Below are positions 34,343 to 49,174 of a stretch of 64,000 nt of DNA, piece after piece. A program made the position numbers and the translations under genes. Source of the DNA: Microbotryum violaceum (Eukaryota). Below the pieces are notes generated by a model, which was not told the DNA's origin, made no database searches, and saw only the letters and a list, made by a program, of their open reading frames with translations. Position 1 is the stretch's first letter. The number at the start of each line of letters is the position of its first letter. The stretch lies in assembly GCA_001244265.2 (NCBI GenBank), contig CDLV01000004.1:2976001-3040000 (forward strand). Reading direction: 5' to 3'.

Positions 34343-36368
34343 TCTCCCAAAGTCGCTGCACCCCCCAAGCCGCCCCCCAGCGCTGAGATCGTCGTCAATT
34401 TCCCAAGCCCGCGCCGCCGAATTTTTCTGGAACAAACCTTCAGCTCTAAAGAGCTTCAGGGATAACCAGGCACGCGGTAATACCTCCCAGCTGGGTATTT
34501 ACTTTGACACATGGGTAATATCTGCTTGGATGGCTATTCCCCGGCCTCCGGGTTTCCGTACGTGCAGCGTAGTTATTACCGGGTTTGGGGGTTATTGCCA
34601 CCGCAATACCACCCCACGGATGTCTAGAACTTCTCTGTAACACTCTAGCCTCTGGCAGTGGATGAAACAGCGGGGAATGCCCATTCAGATGGGTATTCCC
34701 CACCAAAAACGTCGCTCAGTGAAAATCCGGCAAAATTGCCGATTTTGGACCTCATTTGTCCACCGTTTTTTGGAATTTCGCCCAAAAAAGTCACCAAAAT
34801 GTCCAGTCCATCTACGCGCCTAAGAAAATAGCTCTAGGACTGCTTCAAATGCTCTTAAACATCTCCAAAAATCGCGAAAACGCCGTCAGGACGCTTTTCG
34901 CCCGGACCGAATCGCCGGAGCCCGCGCGCGCGCTAGCCGTTTCGGTTCTGCTTCGCCGAGGGCTCCTCACCTGCACTTACTGCCTGCCTCTTTGCCTATG
35001 CTATAACGTGGCCATGGTATGCATGTAACGTACCACGAGAGGTAGATCGATTGCAGTCACTCTGCGAAGCAGTAAGCTAGCTACCGTGAGGTGTTCAAAC
35101 CAAATCCAATCGACAGTTGTTCTTCTCCTATGTTGCTGGCGTCACAACTGACAGGTATCGTGCCTCGTTTCAATACAAAGCAGACAAGAGACCCAATTTT
35201 CAAGGCGCAGCTGACGTGACGTTTCCGTCGATCGACCCAAACGGTGGGATCTTGGCGAATGCCGTGTATTGCCTTGCTCGCAATTGCATCCGTACCTGGG
35301 CAAGAATGAACATTATTGATGAGCACTCTCTGGGCCATATGTGCAGAGCACACAATTGCAGCTCACTTCTTTACGTCCGTCTTCGATGTATCCTATGTTT
35401 TCCGTTTCGTTTGCGGTCAAAAAGCGACTGAAGGTCCCTTGTCCTGTTCAACGAATGGACCTCGCCTCGCAACTCCTGACACGCGCGGTAACCTTGCTTA
35501 CGCGCCGCAGTAATTGCTCCACGATCCTTGAACTTGGACCTCCAAGCATCGAGCGGCCTAAGAAGAGTATCACACTCGAGAAGCTCGTCTGTCGACCACG
35601 AAAGCTGTATCTGGGTTATCTGGGTGTCTGCAGTGGGTTGTCGAAGCGGAAGGCGAGAAGCTCAAGACACCCTCACGTCCTAGAAGGGTGCCATTCGTTC
35701 GAAATCATCGTCAAGGAGCTCGATATCCAAGTTGTCTAGATACATCTCGTCGAAGTTGGTTGAAGCGAGAGCCTAACCTAGGATGTTGATGACGATGATG
35801 GCACAGACGACGCGACGCGGCGGGGGAGGCAAGAGACGGCGCACTCGGACGAGACGCCTCGTTCAACCAGCCAAGAGGCTTATAATTGCAAAATCGATCC
35901 ATTAGAGCCCTTCTTGTGAATTCGGTACAGGCCCGAGTGTTTCGCGCGCGCTCCGCACGTTCTTGAGGGTCGGCAAACTCTGGCGTACCAAGCCGAACGT
36001 GGCTGAAATGGGCCCAGATTTGCCCAGCACCTAGGACCTCACCCGCACGGCGCACCCTGATTTGTCCACCTCCGACTACGCGCCTTCGCGATTTTGGCCC
36101 ATCTGAGGCCCACATTTTGTCCAGTCAGGCACTACGCGCCTCAGGCCGGGCTTTCGGGGGTCCTTCCAGGGCTCTCCAGGTGGAGGCGCCAGATGCAGTA
36201 GTAGGCAGTAAGCCACGTTCTTCGCTGCCTAACCTCGTCCACGTCGGCGGCAGGCACCCCCCGCCTTCATCACAGACAGGCCCGATTCGAATAAACGAGC
36301 CGGGCAAGAATAGACGAAACGAGAGGAGACGACCGCTTTCGCTCTTGTCGAGACCATCTTGCTTTCGA

Positions 36369-37183
36369 ATGAGCGACAATCTAGTACGTGATGGTCCAGC
36401 AAGTCTCCTCCTCGGCCCTGAGCGCTGAGCTCCTCTCGACGCCCCCGACCCGCGCGCCTCGCAAAGCTCTTGGGCTGGCTGACTCGCTTCTTGTACTGAC
36501 GATGACCACCCTTCTCGGTGCAATTGCAGGGTCGAGGTGGCCGGGGCCGTGGCGGTGGCGGTGGTGCGGCCCGCGGCGCACGGTCCACGCCCGGGTCTCG
36601 CGACGACAAACCGCGCCGCGAAGCGATACTGGATCTGAGCAAGTTCATTGACAAGCAGATCCGTGTCAAGTTCACAGGAGGTCGCGAGGGTGCGGCCCTA
36701 CTCCCTTTTTTGCAGTGTGGTCGGTTCGGATCTGACCCTGTGCTCCTCCCCTTCGCCGGGGACGCCTCGTGCATGATCTCCGTTCTGCAGTCACTGGCAC
36801 GCTGAAAGGGTACGATCAATTGCTCAATCTCGTCATGGACGATATCGAAGAAGCACTACGAGGTACGAGGCCCGTCGGATCGGATGCATCGGGACTGCTC
36901 TCGCGAAGTGCACAGCCGACTTTATTACGCTCTTGTTCGATTCTGACCACTGGCTTCTGTCGGATCTCGCAGATCCCACCACCGGTCTCCTGCTCGCACC
37001 GAGGAGAACACGCTCACTCGGGCTCGCCGTCGTCCGCGGCACCAGCCTGATTGTTCTAAACCCACTTGACGGGTAACTTCTGCTGCGGTTATCAAGTCTC
37101 TTTACTGCATGATCACCCGGGTTCTTGACATCCTTGCACTCTATCATCACAGGTCCAAAGAGATCGCCAATCCATTTGCGTAG
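36369..37183 (+). CDS. LSM7: Lsm7, copy 2
   Basis: Same exons as copy 1, offset 10085. Confidence 0.93.
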
Positions 37184-37239
37184 TGTGGTTCCGCAGATGT
37201 GTTCTGTTTCCGCAACGGGATAATGTGCACATTCTCGAA

Positions 37240-39094
37240 TCACAAGAAATAGCTCTGACTCACAGCATGTGGAAAGCCGTCAGCCACTATTGCAGCTGTG
37301 CTTTTCGAAGCTCCCACTTACCGAGGCTGCAGACCGATTTGGAATGCTCTTGTCCTGATTGGGCACTGTGGCCAGAAAAGCAGCATAGTGATACGAGAGT
37401 GGAGTGAGTCAGGTGGGTGAGGATCGGTGGATACGGTATTGTACGGCATGACGCGAAGAAGCGAAAATTAGTGGCGGCCAGAGGGAGACCGACATCAGCG
37501 GGAGGCTAAGTCTCTACACAAGAAAAGCCCTTGGTTTCGGGTCTTGGCTTTGACAGGAAAATGCGCACCTGCTTCGAAGATCTTGAAGCTATCCCTGTCA
37601 ACGACTGTGCCCTCACGTACTTGCATCACGCTCGCGACGTTGCCACAACGGTAGCAATAATTCGGGGCTGACCAGACGGTCACGAGGTTGTTCTCGGGCG
37701 CGAACATGAACTTGTAGCCTTCCTGGACCAGTTGGTGGGCCCGCGCAATCAAGGTGAGCTGGTTCACAAGATTGAACTTTTGATAAACCCGACAACATAG
37801 CAGAATGCGACGTCAGCCATGAGAATGTGTGGGGTTCGCTCGAGTTGCGGGAAATCTTGCCTCATTGGTCACGCGCGCCCCGAACAGCCACCCGGCACCT
37901 CGAGGTGATATGGACCATGTCTCGACCTCGTCGGGGTCGGACCACATCAGATCTAGATAAAGGACGACCATTTCGAAGCGTAAGTGCATGAAGCGTAGAT
38001 GCGGACCGAGTTCTATCTCGCATTCAAAGGCGTACCGCAGAATGCGCCTTCGTGGGGAATCTCCTGGGCCCGCGCGATAACTCGTATTTGGTCCAAAGTA
38101 CGGAGCTCAGGAGAGAGACCGCCGTGTACACACAATATGGACCCATCCACGACCTAGACATCCACAAGGCCAAAGGCTCAATTGGTCAGTCCGGCGGACC
38201 TCCCTCTATATAGAGCGTTAAACATGCTTCGTTAAACATGCTTACAGCTGCGAGATTCAGGTAATCGAAGACCGAGCAACACGCCTTCCATACGTTGGCA
38301 TTGCCGTACTTTTGTAGGCACTCGTCTGCGCACGGCGCAGGGGTTCGATCCGCACCCAAGTTCAGCTCGTATTGCACGCCTGATGAGCGAAATATGGCGA
38401 GGAGACGGACCATAAAAGCCATACACTTGCGTGATTTGTCGGGACTCGTGGTTGCCCCTGAGTAATGTCACGCGGTCCGGGTACCTGCCCGAATACGAAA
38501 GCCACGTATGGGAACACTGCCAACATTTGAAGTCGATCGAGGTCGAATGGGTATGAACCAGCTCTAAGAAGAGCGACTCACTTGGCCTTCAACGTTAGCA
38601 ACAGTGAGAGCGTCTCTAGGCTGTAGTACCCCCGGTCAACGAAATCGCCCTTCTCGGGGGGATGCCCCGAAAATTGAAAATAAGAGGGACTGTCAGACGC
38701 TTACGGCGCTTTTTGTACGAGCAAGCTGTACACCGCTTACCATGAAGATATAGGATGTCGAAGGACAATCCCCTCCCACCCGGAGTAGCTCGAGCAGGTC
38801 CCACAACTGTCCATGGATGTCGCCGCAGACGGTCACGGGGAGGACACGGGCTGGACATTCGACTCCTCCATCAGCAGCGCGAGCACAATGTTGCACAGCT
38901 GCTTCATTACGGATTCGGGAAGATGTCGGCACTGGCGCAGTTGAGAAATGTACAGGTCGGGATTGAAGTCGCGCTGCAACAGCAAGTGTCGGGCCACTGT
39001 GAGGATTCTGGTGTCTACTACGGCGGTGGAGCGAGAAGCAGTAGGGGTGGCGGAGGGGAGACTCCAGAGGACGACGAGTCCGAAGGCTCACCAT
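37240..39094 (-). CDS. SIT4: Sit4/PP6 phosphatase, copy 2; 1-nt homopolymer deletion in exon 2 as assembled
   Basis: Same as copy 1 but G4 at 38837-38840 versus G5 at 28753-28757, shifting the frame at SSPVTVC. Confidence 0.8.
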
Positions 39095-39660
39095 GGTGAA
39101 TGACCATACAAATGCGGACCCGACACGGCGTACCGATGTTACGAAGCTGTCGACAAAGCGTGAAGGTCTTGGCAGAGTGCAAGCGTGCTGATAGCCTAGC
39201 CGATACGTCCTGCAGCTGCTAGTGGTGCGCTAGATCGAGCCTGTGCGGGTTGATGATGAGCTATGAGGTTCGTACAAGACACACGAGGTGTGCAGAGTGT
39301 GGAAAGAAGGAGGCGCAGAACTGTGGCGTTTGCCGTTGTCCAAATGGGTAGCCGTGGTGGTGATCATCGCTGCAAGAGAAGCTGAAGCCCGAATCGTGGG
39401 CAGCCTGCGGCGCGCCTCGTGGGAGCCTTGTACTATGGGCCGCCGTTTGTCGTTTTATTCCGAGTGAACACGCGCGGCGCAATGACAATGCGCGCGAGAC
39501 CGCTTTACAGCACACACCGGACATAACTGACACGCGTACGCGCCAGACCCTCTGTGACATACCTCGACGCATTGAACACACGCGTCAGCGCTATCTTTAA
39601 CCCACGACGTAGCATTTATACACTCCTTCGCACTTTTCACTTGTTTCCTACCCATTTTGA

Positions 39661-41891
39661 CTAGGTTCGGCGGCGCGCTCCGCGCGCCACCTCACATTGA
39701 GAATCAGCAGTTGCAGATGGCTACGGTTCTACGCTGCTTTCATCTATCTTCTGATCTCCTGGAGGTGGACTGATTCGTCGTGATTTGGCAAAGTGAGGGT
39801 CGGGCAGAGAACTGTGCAGGACCGGAACGGAACGCTCTCGCTCAAGACTTTCCTGTTGACGACGTCTTTGCTGATCTTGAGACCTTCGAGAGATCGCAAC
39901 GTTCGCAGGTGGTGGATCCATTGGATGAAGTTGATTTTCCGGCAGTGGAAGCAGTGCAATTGGTGACTGTGCGGCGACATCCACCGGGACAGAGTGGACG
40001 TTGGGCGTTGGCCGAGGTGGAGGCGATTGATTGATAGAATCAAATTTGCTGCCTTTCCCGGAGTCTCCGCAATTGTTGTGCCCTAAATCTTCTGGAAATA
40101 AAATGATCCGTCGATGTTGATGCGGTAGAGGCAGGGTTCGGCGAAAAACTGTGTGGGACCGGACCGGAACGCTCTCGCTCGAGCCTTCGTCGTTGCTGGC
40201 CTTCAGACCTCCGAGACGTTGTGCAACTATCATTATTCTTGCTGTTGTCCATCTCTAGCAAGGGCAGTAAAGACTCACATTTAGTGTGCCAATGACCCGG
40301 ATTCTCAACCGTACGAAGTCAAGCAGCACCCCAACTTCCCCCAGAAGTCAGCATTCCATGAAGCAAGCGTCGACGATTTATGCAGGCGATGACTTGAGAA
40401 TAACGGGAAGGCATTGCTTCGGTTTCCTGTGATGTTACAGTCCAACCGGTCAGTTATTCATGCTGCCCTGCGCTTTGCTTTTGAAAGATTGGCACACACT
40501 TGCCAACGCGATGGTCACCCCACCAAACCGAGCCATGGAATAACGGGATGGCATTGCTTCGGATCCCCTGTGATGTTACAGTCGATGTTACAGTCCAACC
40601 AGTCAGTCAGTCATGCTGCCCTGCGCCTTGCTTTTGAAATATTGGCACATACCTGCCAACACGACGGTCACTACACCGAACCGAGCCGTGGAATAACGGA
40701 AAGACATTGCTTCGGATTCCCTGTGCTGTTACAGTCGAACCGGTCATTAGTCATGCTGCCCTGCGTTTTGCTTTTGAAAGTTTCGCACACACCTGCCAAC
40801 GTGATGGTCACCCCACCGAACCGAGACATTGAGGACCTGCCACGGGATGGTGAGCCGCAAGTCACGCGACCAGAGCCTGTTTTCTGGCATGATTCGTTAC
40901 AACTATCAGTATTCTCGCTGTTGTCCATCTGTAGCAATGGCAGTGAAGACTCACATTTAGTGTCCCAATGACCCGGCGGATCTTCAACCGTACAAAGTCA
41001 ATCCTTCCGCTGTTTCACTGACGTTCAATGTCTGTTTTTGGTGTCAGTTTTTCCGTCATATCTAAGACTGCACAGCCATGTCAAGGGAGGACCCACGTAT
41101 GCAATGTCACCAGCTGAAGGTGAAGAAACAACTCGAGGGTTGACACTCCTCGAAGAGGAAGTGTTGAATGGAATTTCTGCTTGGTAGTTTTCCATTAGCT
41201 TCTGAACAACACAGCAAGAGCACAATCCATGAAGTTACTTACTCGAATTCGTAGCTATGTTGCTTGCAGCCATTTCTTGATTCCGTATTCGTTGCAGAGC
41301 TTCCACGGCAACCGCTTCGGATGTCGGAAGCTTGAGGTGGCGACGGGATGAGGTGCGATGGGTAAGGTGTGAAGAGCAGGAGGGAGAAAGATGGAGAAGC
41401 CTGCGCCTCAGTTTAAACCGGACTCATAGAATGTCGCGGAAGGCTGCGGAACATTGTGGAGTGAAGCCCGAAGCAGAGGGTCACGTGCCCAGCTGCTTTG
41501 ATGGGAAATGGAACCTCGACAAACGTTGGAACCTCGGCGAACGTGGACGGAACGGTTTGTCGCCACGTGGTTTGTCTCCCGTTCTCTGACGTTCTTTGAC
41601 ATTGACGTGGTAGACTTTATAGTCGTTGAACGTTTCCTATACATACCAGTTTCTTGCTTCGCGCGCTTCCTTTTAAAAAATCAAAGATAAGCAAACCGCG
41701 ATGCTTTAACAGCATTGTGAAATTTCCTAAACGGTCTGAAACAGCGCTAGCTAGCTGGGACGCTGGACCGACAGCTGCTATGACGTCATGCCACGTGGTT
41801 TGTGCCACGTGGTTTGTCTATGTCTCAGGACGTTTTTTATTTTATAAGTTTTAAGGATTAAGGATAAGGATAAGGATTTAAGGATTAAGGA
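39661..41891 (-). mobile_element. Non-autonomous Helitron A, copy 3
   Basis: Same as copy 2. Confidence 0.85.
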
Positions 41892-41893
41892 TA

Positions 41894-44425
41894 TCCTACT
41901 ATCCTACTATCCTACTATAATACTCTAATATATATATATATACTCTAAAACCGACTGTTGTCTAGACAAAGAACGTCAAAGAACAAAAGACAAACCACGT
42001 GGCGTGACGTCATCGGCAGCTCTCGGTCTAGCGCGTCCCCGGAACTAGCTAGCGCTGATTCAGCATGGGGCCAGTGACAGACCGTTTCGCCTACCTTCGC
42101 CAAGGTTCCATTTCCCATAAAAGCGGCCTGGCACATGCCTCTCTGCTCCCCAGACGACCGGTTTTGCGTGCTTGCCACATCGTAGTGTAGTCCCTTCAAC
42201 CATCCAGTTCTGCCACTGCCGAAGAGTCATCTGCAAGCTTTCACGTCCCGTCTGCTGTACAACAATCTTCACGGAGAGCAGCGGGGCAGCAGAGACGTCG
42301 GCAGCTGCTCGCGTTCCTCCTCCTCCGCACAATCCTCCTCCTCCCGCCTCCCGCTACAATCGCAGACATCGCCGCCAGCAACCTCGAACAATCGCCGAAG
42401 CTCAGCGGCAACGACGCCTTCGCGAGAAGCAGCAGCGCGAAACCGATCAAGACGACGTCGCGCAAACTGGTTCGTCAATTCAACCTGCACCGGCAGCAGG
42501 CAGCCTCAAATGTCGCACGGCAAGTGCAACGGGCCCGCAGTTCTTCACCTCCAAGCTTGAGATTCGTTCCTCCACGCTTTGAAGCAGTTCCAGACCTCGG
42601 GTAGCGTCGGCCAGTGCGCCAATTCCGCCGTTAGGGGCCCGCCAGCGTGTCACGGGGCTTCACTCCACGGCGTTCCGCGACATTCTATGAGCCCGGTTTA
42701 AGCTGAGACGCAGGCTCCTCCGTCTTTCTCCCTACTGCTCTTCACACCTTGCCCATCGCATCTCATCCCATCGCCACCTCGAGCTTGCGACATCCGAAGC
42801 GGTCGTTGTGGAGGCTCTGCAACAATTACGGGATCAAGAAATGCCCGCCGCATGCAACATAGCTACGAATCCGAGTAAGTAACATCATGAAGTGTGCTCT
42901 TGGAGTGGGATTGTTCAGAAGCTAATGGAAAACTACCAAGCAGAAATTCCCTTCAACACATCCTCTTCGAATGTCAACCCTCGAGTTGTTTCTTCACCGC
43001 CAGCTGGTGACACGCATACGTGAGTCATCCCTTGACATGGCTGTGCAGTGTTAGATATGACGGACAAACTGATACGAAAAACAGACATTGAACGTCAGTG
43101 ACACAGCGGAAGGGTTGACTTTGTACGGTTGAAGATCCGCCGGGTCATTGGGACACTAAATGTGAGTCTTCACTGCCATTGCTACAGATGGACAACAGCG
43201 AGAATACTGATAGTTGTAACGAATCATGCCAGAAAACTGGCTCTGGTCGCGTGACTTGCGGCTCACCATCCCGTGGCAGGTCCTCAATGTCTCGGTTCGG
43301 TGGGGTGACCATCACGTTGGCAGGTGTGTGCGAAACTTTCAAAAGCAAAACGCAGGGCAGCATGACTGACTGACCGGTTGGACTGTAGCATCACAGGGGA
43401 TCCGAAGCAATGCCTTCCCGTCATCCTCAACGGCTCGGTTCGGTGGGGTGACCATCCTGTTGGCAGGTATGTGCCAATATTTCAAAAGCAAGGCGCAGGG
43501 CAGCATGACTGACTGACTGGTTGGACTGTAACATCGACTGTAACATCACAGGGGATCCGAAGCAATGCCATCCCGTTATTCCATGGCTCGGTTTGGTGGG
43601 GTGACCATCGCGTTGGCAAGTGTGTGCCAATCTTTCAAAAGCAAAGCGCAGGGCAGGATGACTAACGGACCGGTTGTACTGTAACATCACAGGGGTTCCG
43701 AAACAATGCCTTCCCGTTATGCCACGGCTCGGTTCGGTGGGGTGACCATCCCTGCCAATCTTTCAAAAGCAAAGCGCAGGGCAGCATGATTAACTGACCG
43801 GTTGGACTGTAACATCACAAGGGATCCGAAGCAATGCCTTCCCATTATTCCAAGCCATCGCCAGCATAAATCGTCGACGCTTGCTTCATGGAATTCTGAC
43901 TACTGGGGAGAAGTTGAGGTGGTGCTTGGCTTCGTGCGGTTGAGAATCGGGGCCCGGCTCAGTTCGGTGGAGTAACCGTCGTGTTGGCAGGTGTGTGCCA
44001 ACCTTTCAAAAGCAAAGCGCAGGGCAGCATGACTGACTGACCGGCTGGACTATAACATCAAGGGCCAAGTTTTCTCAAGATCCCTTCCCATTATTCCCAA
44101 GTCATCGCCTGCACAAATCGTCGACGCTTGCTTGATGGAATGCTGACTTCTGGGGGGAAACAGCAAGAATACTGATAGTTGCACGACGTCTCGGAGGTCT
44201 GAAGGCCAGCAACGACGACGGCTCGAGCGAGAGCGTTCCGGGCCGGTCCCACACAGTTCTTCGCCGAACCCTGCCTCTACCGCATCAACATCGACGTCTG
44301 TGAGGTGGCCGCCGAACCTAGTATATATATTATAATAAAATAGGCCGTCGAGACAAAGAACGTTCTAGCACGAGACAAACCACGTGGCGTGACGTCATGG
44401 CGCGCGAAGCGCGCCACCGCACTAG
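41894..44425 (+). mobile_element. Non-autonomous Helitron B plus mini-Helitron, copy 3
   Basis: Same as 21726-24257. Confidence 0.85.
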
Positions 44426-46448
44426 TCTCCCAAAGTCGCTGCACCCCCAAGCCGCCCCCCAGCGCTGAGATCGTCGTCAATTTCCCAAGCCCGCGCCGCC
44501 GAATTTTTCTGGAACAAACCTTCAGCTCTAAAGAGCTTCAGGGATAACCAGGCACGCGGTAATACCTCCCAGCTGGGTATTTACTTTGACACATGGGTAA
44601 TATCTGCTTGGATGGCTATTCCCCGGCCTCCGGGTTTCCGTACGTGCAGCGTAGTTATTACCGGGTTTGGGGTTATTGCCACCGCAATACCACCCCACGG
44701 ATGTCTAGAACTTCTCTGTAACACTCTAGCCTCTGGCAGTGGATGAAACAGCGGGGAATGCCCATTCAGATGGGTATTCCCCACCAAAAACGTCGCTCAG
44801 TGAAAATCCGGCAAAATTGCCGATTTTGGACCTCATTTGTCCACCGTTTTTTGGAATTTCGCCCAAAAAAGTCACCAAAATGTCCAGTCCATCTACGCGC
44901 CTAAGAAAATAGCTCTAGGACTGCTTCAAATGCTCTTAAACATCTCCAAAAATCGCGAAAACGCCGTCAGGACGCTTTTCGCCCGGACCGAATCGCCGGA
45001 GCCCGCGCGCGCGCTAGCCGTTTCGGTTCTGCTTCGCCGAGGGCTCCTCACCTGCACTTACTGCCTGCCTCTTTGCCTATGCTATAACGTGGCCATGGTA
45101 TGCATGTAACGTACCACGAGAGGTAGATCGATTGCAGTCACTCTGCGAAGCAGTAAGCTAGCTACCGTGAGGTGTTCAAACCAAATCCAATCGACAGTTG
45201 TTCTTCTCCTATGTTGCTGGCGTCACAACTGACAGGTATCGTGCCTCGTTTCAATACAAAGCAGACAAGAGACCCAATTTTCAAGGCGCAGCTGACGTGA
45301 CGTTTCCGTCGATCGACCCAAACGGTGGGATCTTGGCGAATGCCGTGTATTGCCTTGCTCGCAATTGCATCCGTACCTGGGCAAGAATGAACATTATTGA
45401 TGAGCACTCTCTGGGCCATATGTGCAGAGCACACAATTGCAGCTCACTTCTTTACGTCCGTCTTCGATGTATCCTATGTTTTCCGTTTCGTTTGCGGTCA
45501 AAAAGCGACTGAAGGTCCCTTGTCCTGTTCAACGAATGGACCTCGCCTCGCAACTCCTGACACGCGCGGTAACCTTGCTTACGCGCCGCAGTAATTGCTC
45601 CACGATCCTTGAACTTGGACCTCCAAGCATCGAGCGGCCTAAGAAGAGTATCACACTCGAGAAGCTCGTCTGTCGACCACGAAAGCTGTATCTGGGTTAT
45701 CTGGGTGTCTGCAGTGGGTTGTCGAAGCGGAAGGCGAGAAGCTCAAGACACCCTCACGTCCTAGAAGGGTGCCATTCGTTCGAAATCATCGTCAAGGAGC
45801 TCGATATCCAAGTTGTCTAGATACATCTCGTCGAAGTTGGTTGAAGCGAGAGCCTAACCTAGGATGTTGATGACGATGATGGCACAGACGACGCGACGCG
45901 GCGGGGGAGGCAAGAGACGGCGCACTCGGACGAGACGCCTCGTTCAACCAGCCAAGAGGCTTATAATTGCAAAATCGATCCATTAGAGCCCTTCTTGTGA
46001 ATTCGGTACAGGCCCGAGTGTTTCGCGCGCGCTCCGCACGTTCTTGAGGGTCGGCAAACTCTGGCGTACCAAGCCGAACGTGGCTGAAATGGGCCCAGAT
46101 TTGCCCAGCACCTAGGACCTCACCCGCACGGCGCACCCTGATTTGTCCACCTCCGACTACGCGCCTTCGCGATTTTGGCCCATCTGAGGCCCACATTTTG
46201 TCCAGTCAGGCACTACGCGCCTCAGGCCGGGCTTTCGGGGTCCTTCCAGGGCTCTCCAGGTGGAGGCGCCAGATGCAGTAGTAGGCAGTAAGCCACGTTC
46301 TTCGCTGCCTAACCTCGTCCACGTCGGCGGCAGGCACCCCCCGCCTTCATCACAGACAGGCCCGATTCGAATAAACGAGCCGGGCAAGAATAGACGAAAC
46401 GAGAGGAGACGACCGCTTTCGCTCTTGTCGAGACCATCTTGCTTTCGA

Positions 46449-47263
46449 ATGAGCGACAATCTAGTACGTGATGGTCCAGCAAGTCTCCTCCTCGGCCCTG
46501 AGCGCTGAGCTCCTCTCGACGCCCCCGACCCGCGCGCCTCGCAAAGCTCTTGGGCTGGCTGACTCGCTTCTTGTACTGACGATGACCACCCTTCTCGGTG
46601 CAATTGCAGGGTCGAGGTGGCCGGGGCCGTGGCGGTGGCGGTGGTGCGGCCCGCGGCGCACGGTCCACGCCCGGGTCTCGCGACGACAAACCGCGCCGCG
46701 AAGCGATACTGGATCTGAGCAAGTTCATTGACAAGCAGATCCGTGTCAAGTTCACAGGAGGTCGCGAGGGTGCGGCCCTACTCCCTTTTTTGCAGTGTGG
46801 TCGGTTCGGATCTGACCCTGTGCTCCTCCCCTTCGCCGGGGACGCCTCGTGCATGATCTCCGTTCTGCAGTCACTGGCACGCTGAAAGGGTACGATCAAT
46901 TGCTCAATCTCGTCATGGACGATATCGAAGAAGCACTACGAGGTACGAGGCCCGTCGGATCGGATGCATCGGGACTGCTCTCGCGAAGTGCACAGCCGAC
47001 TTTATTACGCTCTTGTTCGATTCTGACCACTGGCTTCTGTCGGATCTCGCAGATCCCACCACCGGTCTCCTGCTCGCACCGAGGAGAACACGCTCACTCG
47101 GGCTCGCCGTCGTCCGCGGCACCAGCCTGATTGTTCTAAACCCACTTGACGGGTAACTTCTGCTGCGGTTATCAAGTCTCTTTACTGCATGATCACCCGG
47201 GTTCTTGACATCCTTGCACTCTATCATCACAGGTCCAAAGAGATCGCCAATCCATTTGCGTAG
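46449..47263 (+). CDS. LSM7: Lsm7, copy 3
   Basis: Same exons as copy 1, offset 20165. Confidence 0.93.
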
Positions 47264-47319
47264 TGTGGTTCCGCAGATGTGTTCTGTTTCCGCAACGGGA
47301 TAATGTGCACATTCTCGAA

Positions 47320-49174
47320 TCACAAGAAATAGCTCTGACTCACAGCATGTGGAAAGCCGTCAGCCACTATTGCAGCTGTGCTTTTCGAAGCTCCCACTTA
47401 CCGAGGCTGCAGACCGATTTGGAATGCTCTTGTCCTGATTGGGCACTGTGGCCAGAAAAGCAGCATAGTGATACGAGAGTGGAGTGAGTCAGGTGGGTGA
47501 GGATCGGTGGATACGGTATTGTACGGCATGACGCGAAGAAGCGAAAATTAGTGGCGGCCAGAGGGAGACCGACATCAGCGGGAGGCTAAGTCTCTACACA
47601 AGAAAAGCCCTTGGTTTCGGGTCTTGGCTTTGACAGGAAAATGCGCACCTGCTTCGAAGATCTTGAAGCTATCCCTGTCAACGACTGTGCCCTCACGTAC
47701 TTGCATCACGCTCGCGACGTTGCCACAACGGTAGCAATAATTCGGGGCTGACCAGACGGTCACGAGGTTGTTCTCGGGCGCGAACATGAACTTGTAGCCT
47801 TCCTGGACCAGTTGGTGGGCCCGCGCAATCAAGGTGAGCTGGTTCACAAGATTGAACTTTTGATAAACCCGACAACATAGCAGAATGCGACGTCAGCCAT
47901 GAGAATGTGTGGGGTTCGCTCGAGTTGCGGGAAATCTTGCCTCATTGGTCACGCGCGCCCCGAACAGCCACCCGGCACCTCGAGGTGATATGGACCATGT
48001 CTCGACCTCGTCGGGGTCGGACCACATCAGATCTAGATAAAGGACGACCATTTCGAAGCGTAAGTGCATGAAGCGTAGATGCGGACCGAGTTCTATCTCG
48101 CATTCAAAGGCGTACCGCAGAATGCGCCTTCGTGGGGAATCTCCTGGGCCCGCGCGATAACTCGTATTTGGTCCAAAGTACGGAGCTCAGGAGAGAGACC
48201 GCCGTGTACACACAATATGGACCCATCCACGACCTAGACATCCACAAGGCCAAAGGCTCAATTGGTCAGTCCGGCGGACCTCCCTCTATATAGAGCGTTA
48301 AACATGCTTCGTTAAACATGCTTACAGCTGCGAGATTCAGGTAATCGAAGACCGAGCAACACGCCTTCCATACGTTGGCATTGCCGTACTTTTGTAGGCA
48401 CTCGTCTGCGCACGGCGCAGGGGTTCGATCCGCACCCAAGTTCAGCTCGTATTGCACGCCTGATGAGCGAAATATGGCGAGGAGACGGACCATAAAAGCC
48501 ATACACTTGCGTGATTTGTCGGGACTCGTGGTTGCCCCTGAGTAATGTCACGCGGTCCGGGTACCTGCCCGAATACGAAAGCCACGTATGGGAACACTGC
48601 CAACATTTGAAGTCGATCGAGGTCGAATGGGTATGAACCAGCTCTAAGAAGAGCGACTCACTTGGCCTTCAACGTTAGCAACAGTGAGAGCGTCTCTAGG
48701 CTGTAGTACCCCCGGTCAACGAAATCGCCCTTCTCGGGGGGATGCCCCGAAAATTGAAAATAAGAGGGACTGTCAGACGCTTACGGCGCTTTTTGTACGA
48801 GCAAGCTGTACACCGCTTACCATGAAGATATAGGATGTCGAAGGACAATCCCCTCCCACCCGGAGTAGCTCGAGCAGGTCCCACAACTGTCCATGGATGT
48901 CGCCGCAGACGGTCACGGGGAGGACACGGGCTGGACATTCGACTCCTCCATCAGCAGCGCGAGCACAATGTTGCACAGCTGCTTCATTACGGATTCGGGA
49001 AGATGTCGGCACTGGCGCAGTTGAGAAATGTACAGGTCGGGATTGAAGTCGCGCTGCAACAGCAAGTGTCGGGCCACTGTGAGGATTCTGGTGTCTACTA
49101 CGGCGGTGGAGCGAGAAGCAGTAGGGGTGGCGGAGGGGAGACTCCAGAGGACGACGAGTCCGAAGGCTCACCAT
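47320..49174 (-). CDS. SIT4: Sit4/PP6 phosphatase, copy 3; same 1-nt homopolymer deletion as copy 2
   Basis: G4 at 48917-48920; otherwise as copy 1. Confidence 0.8.
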
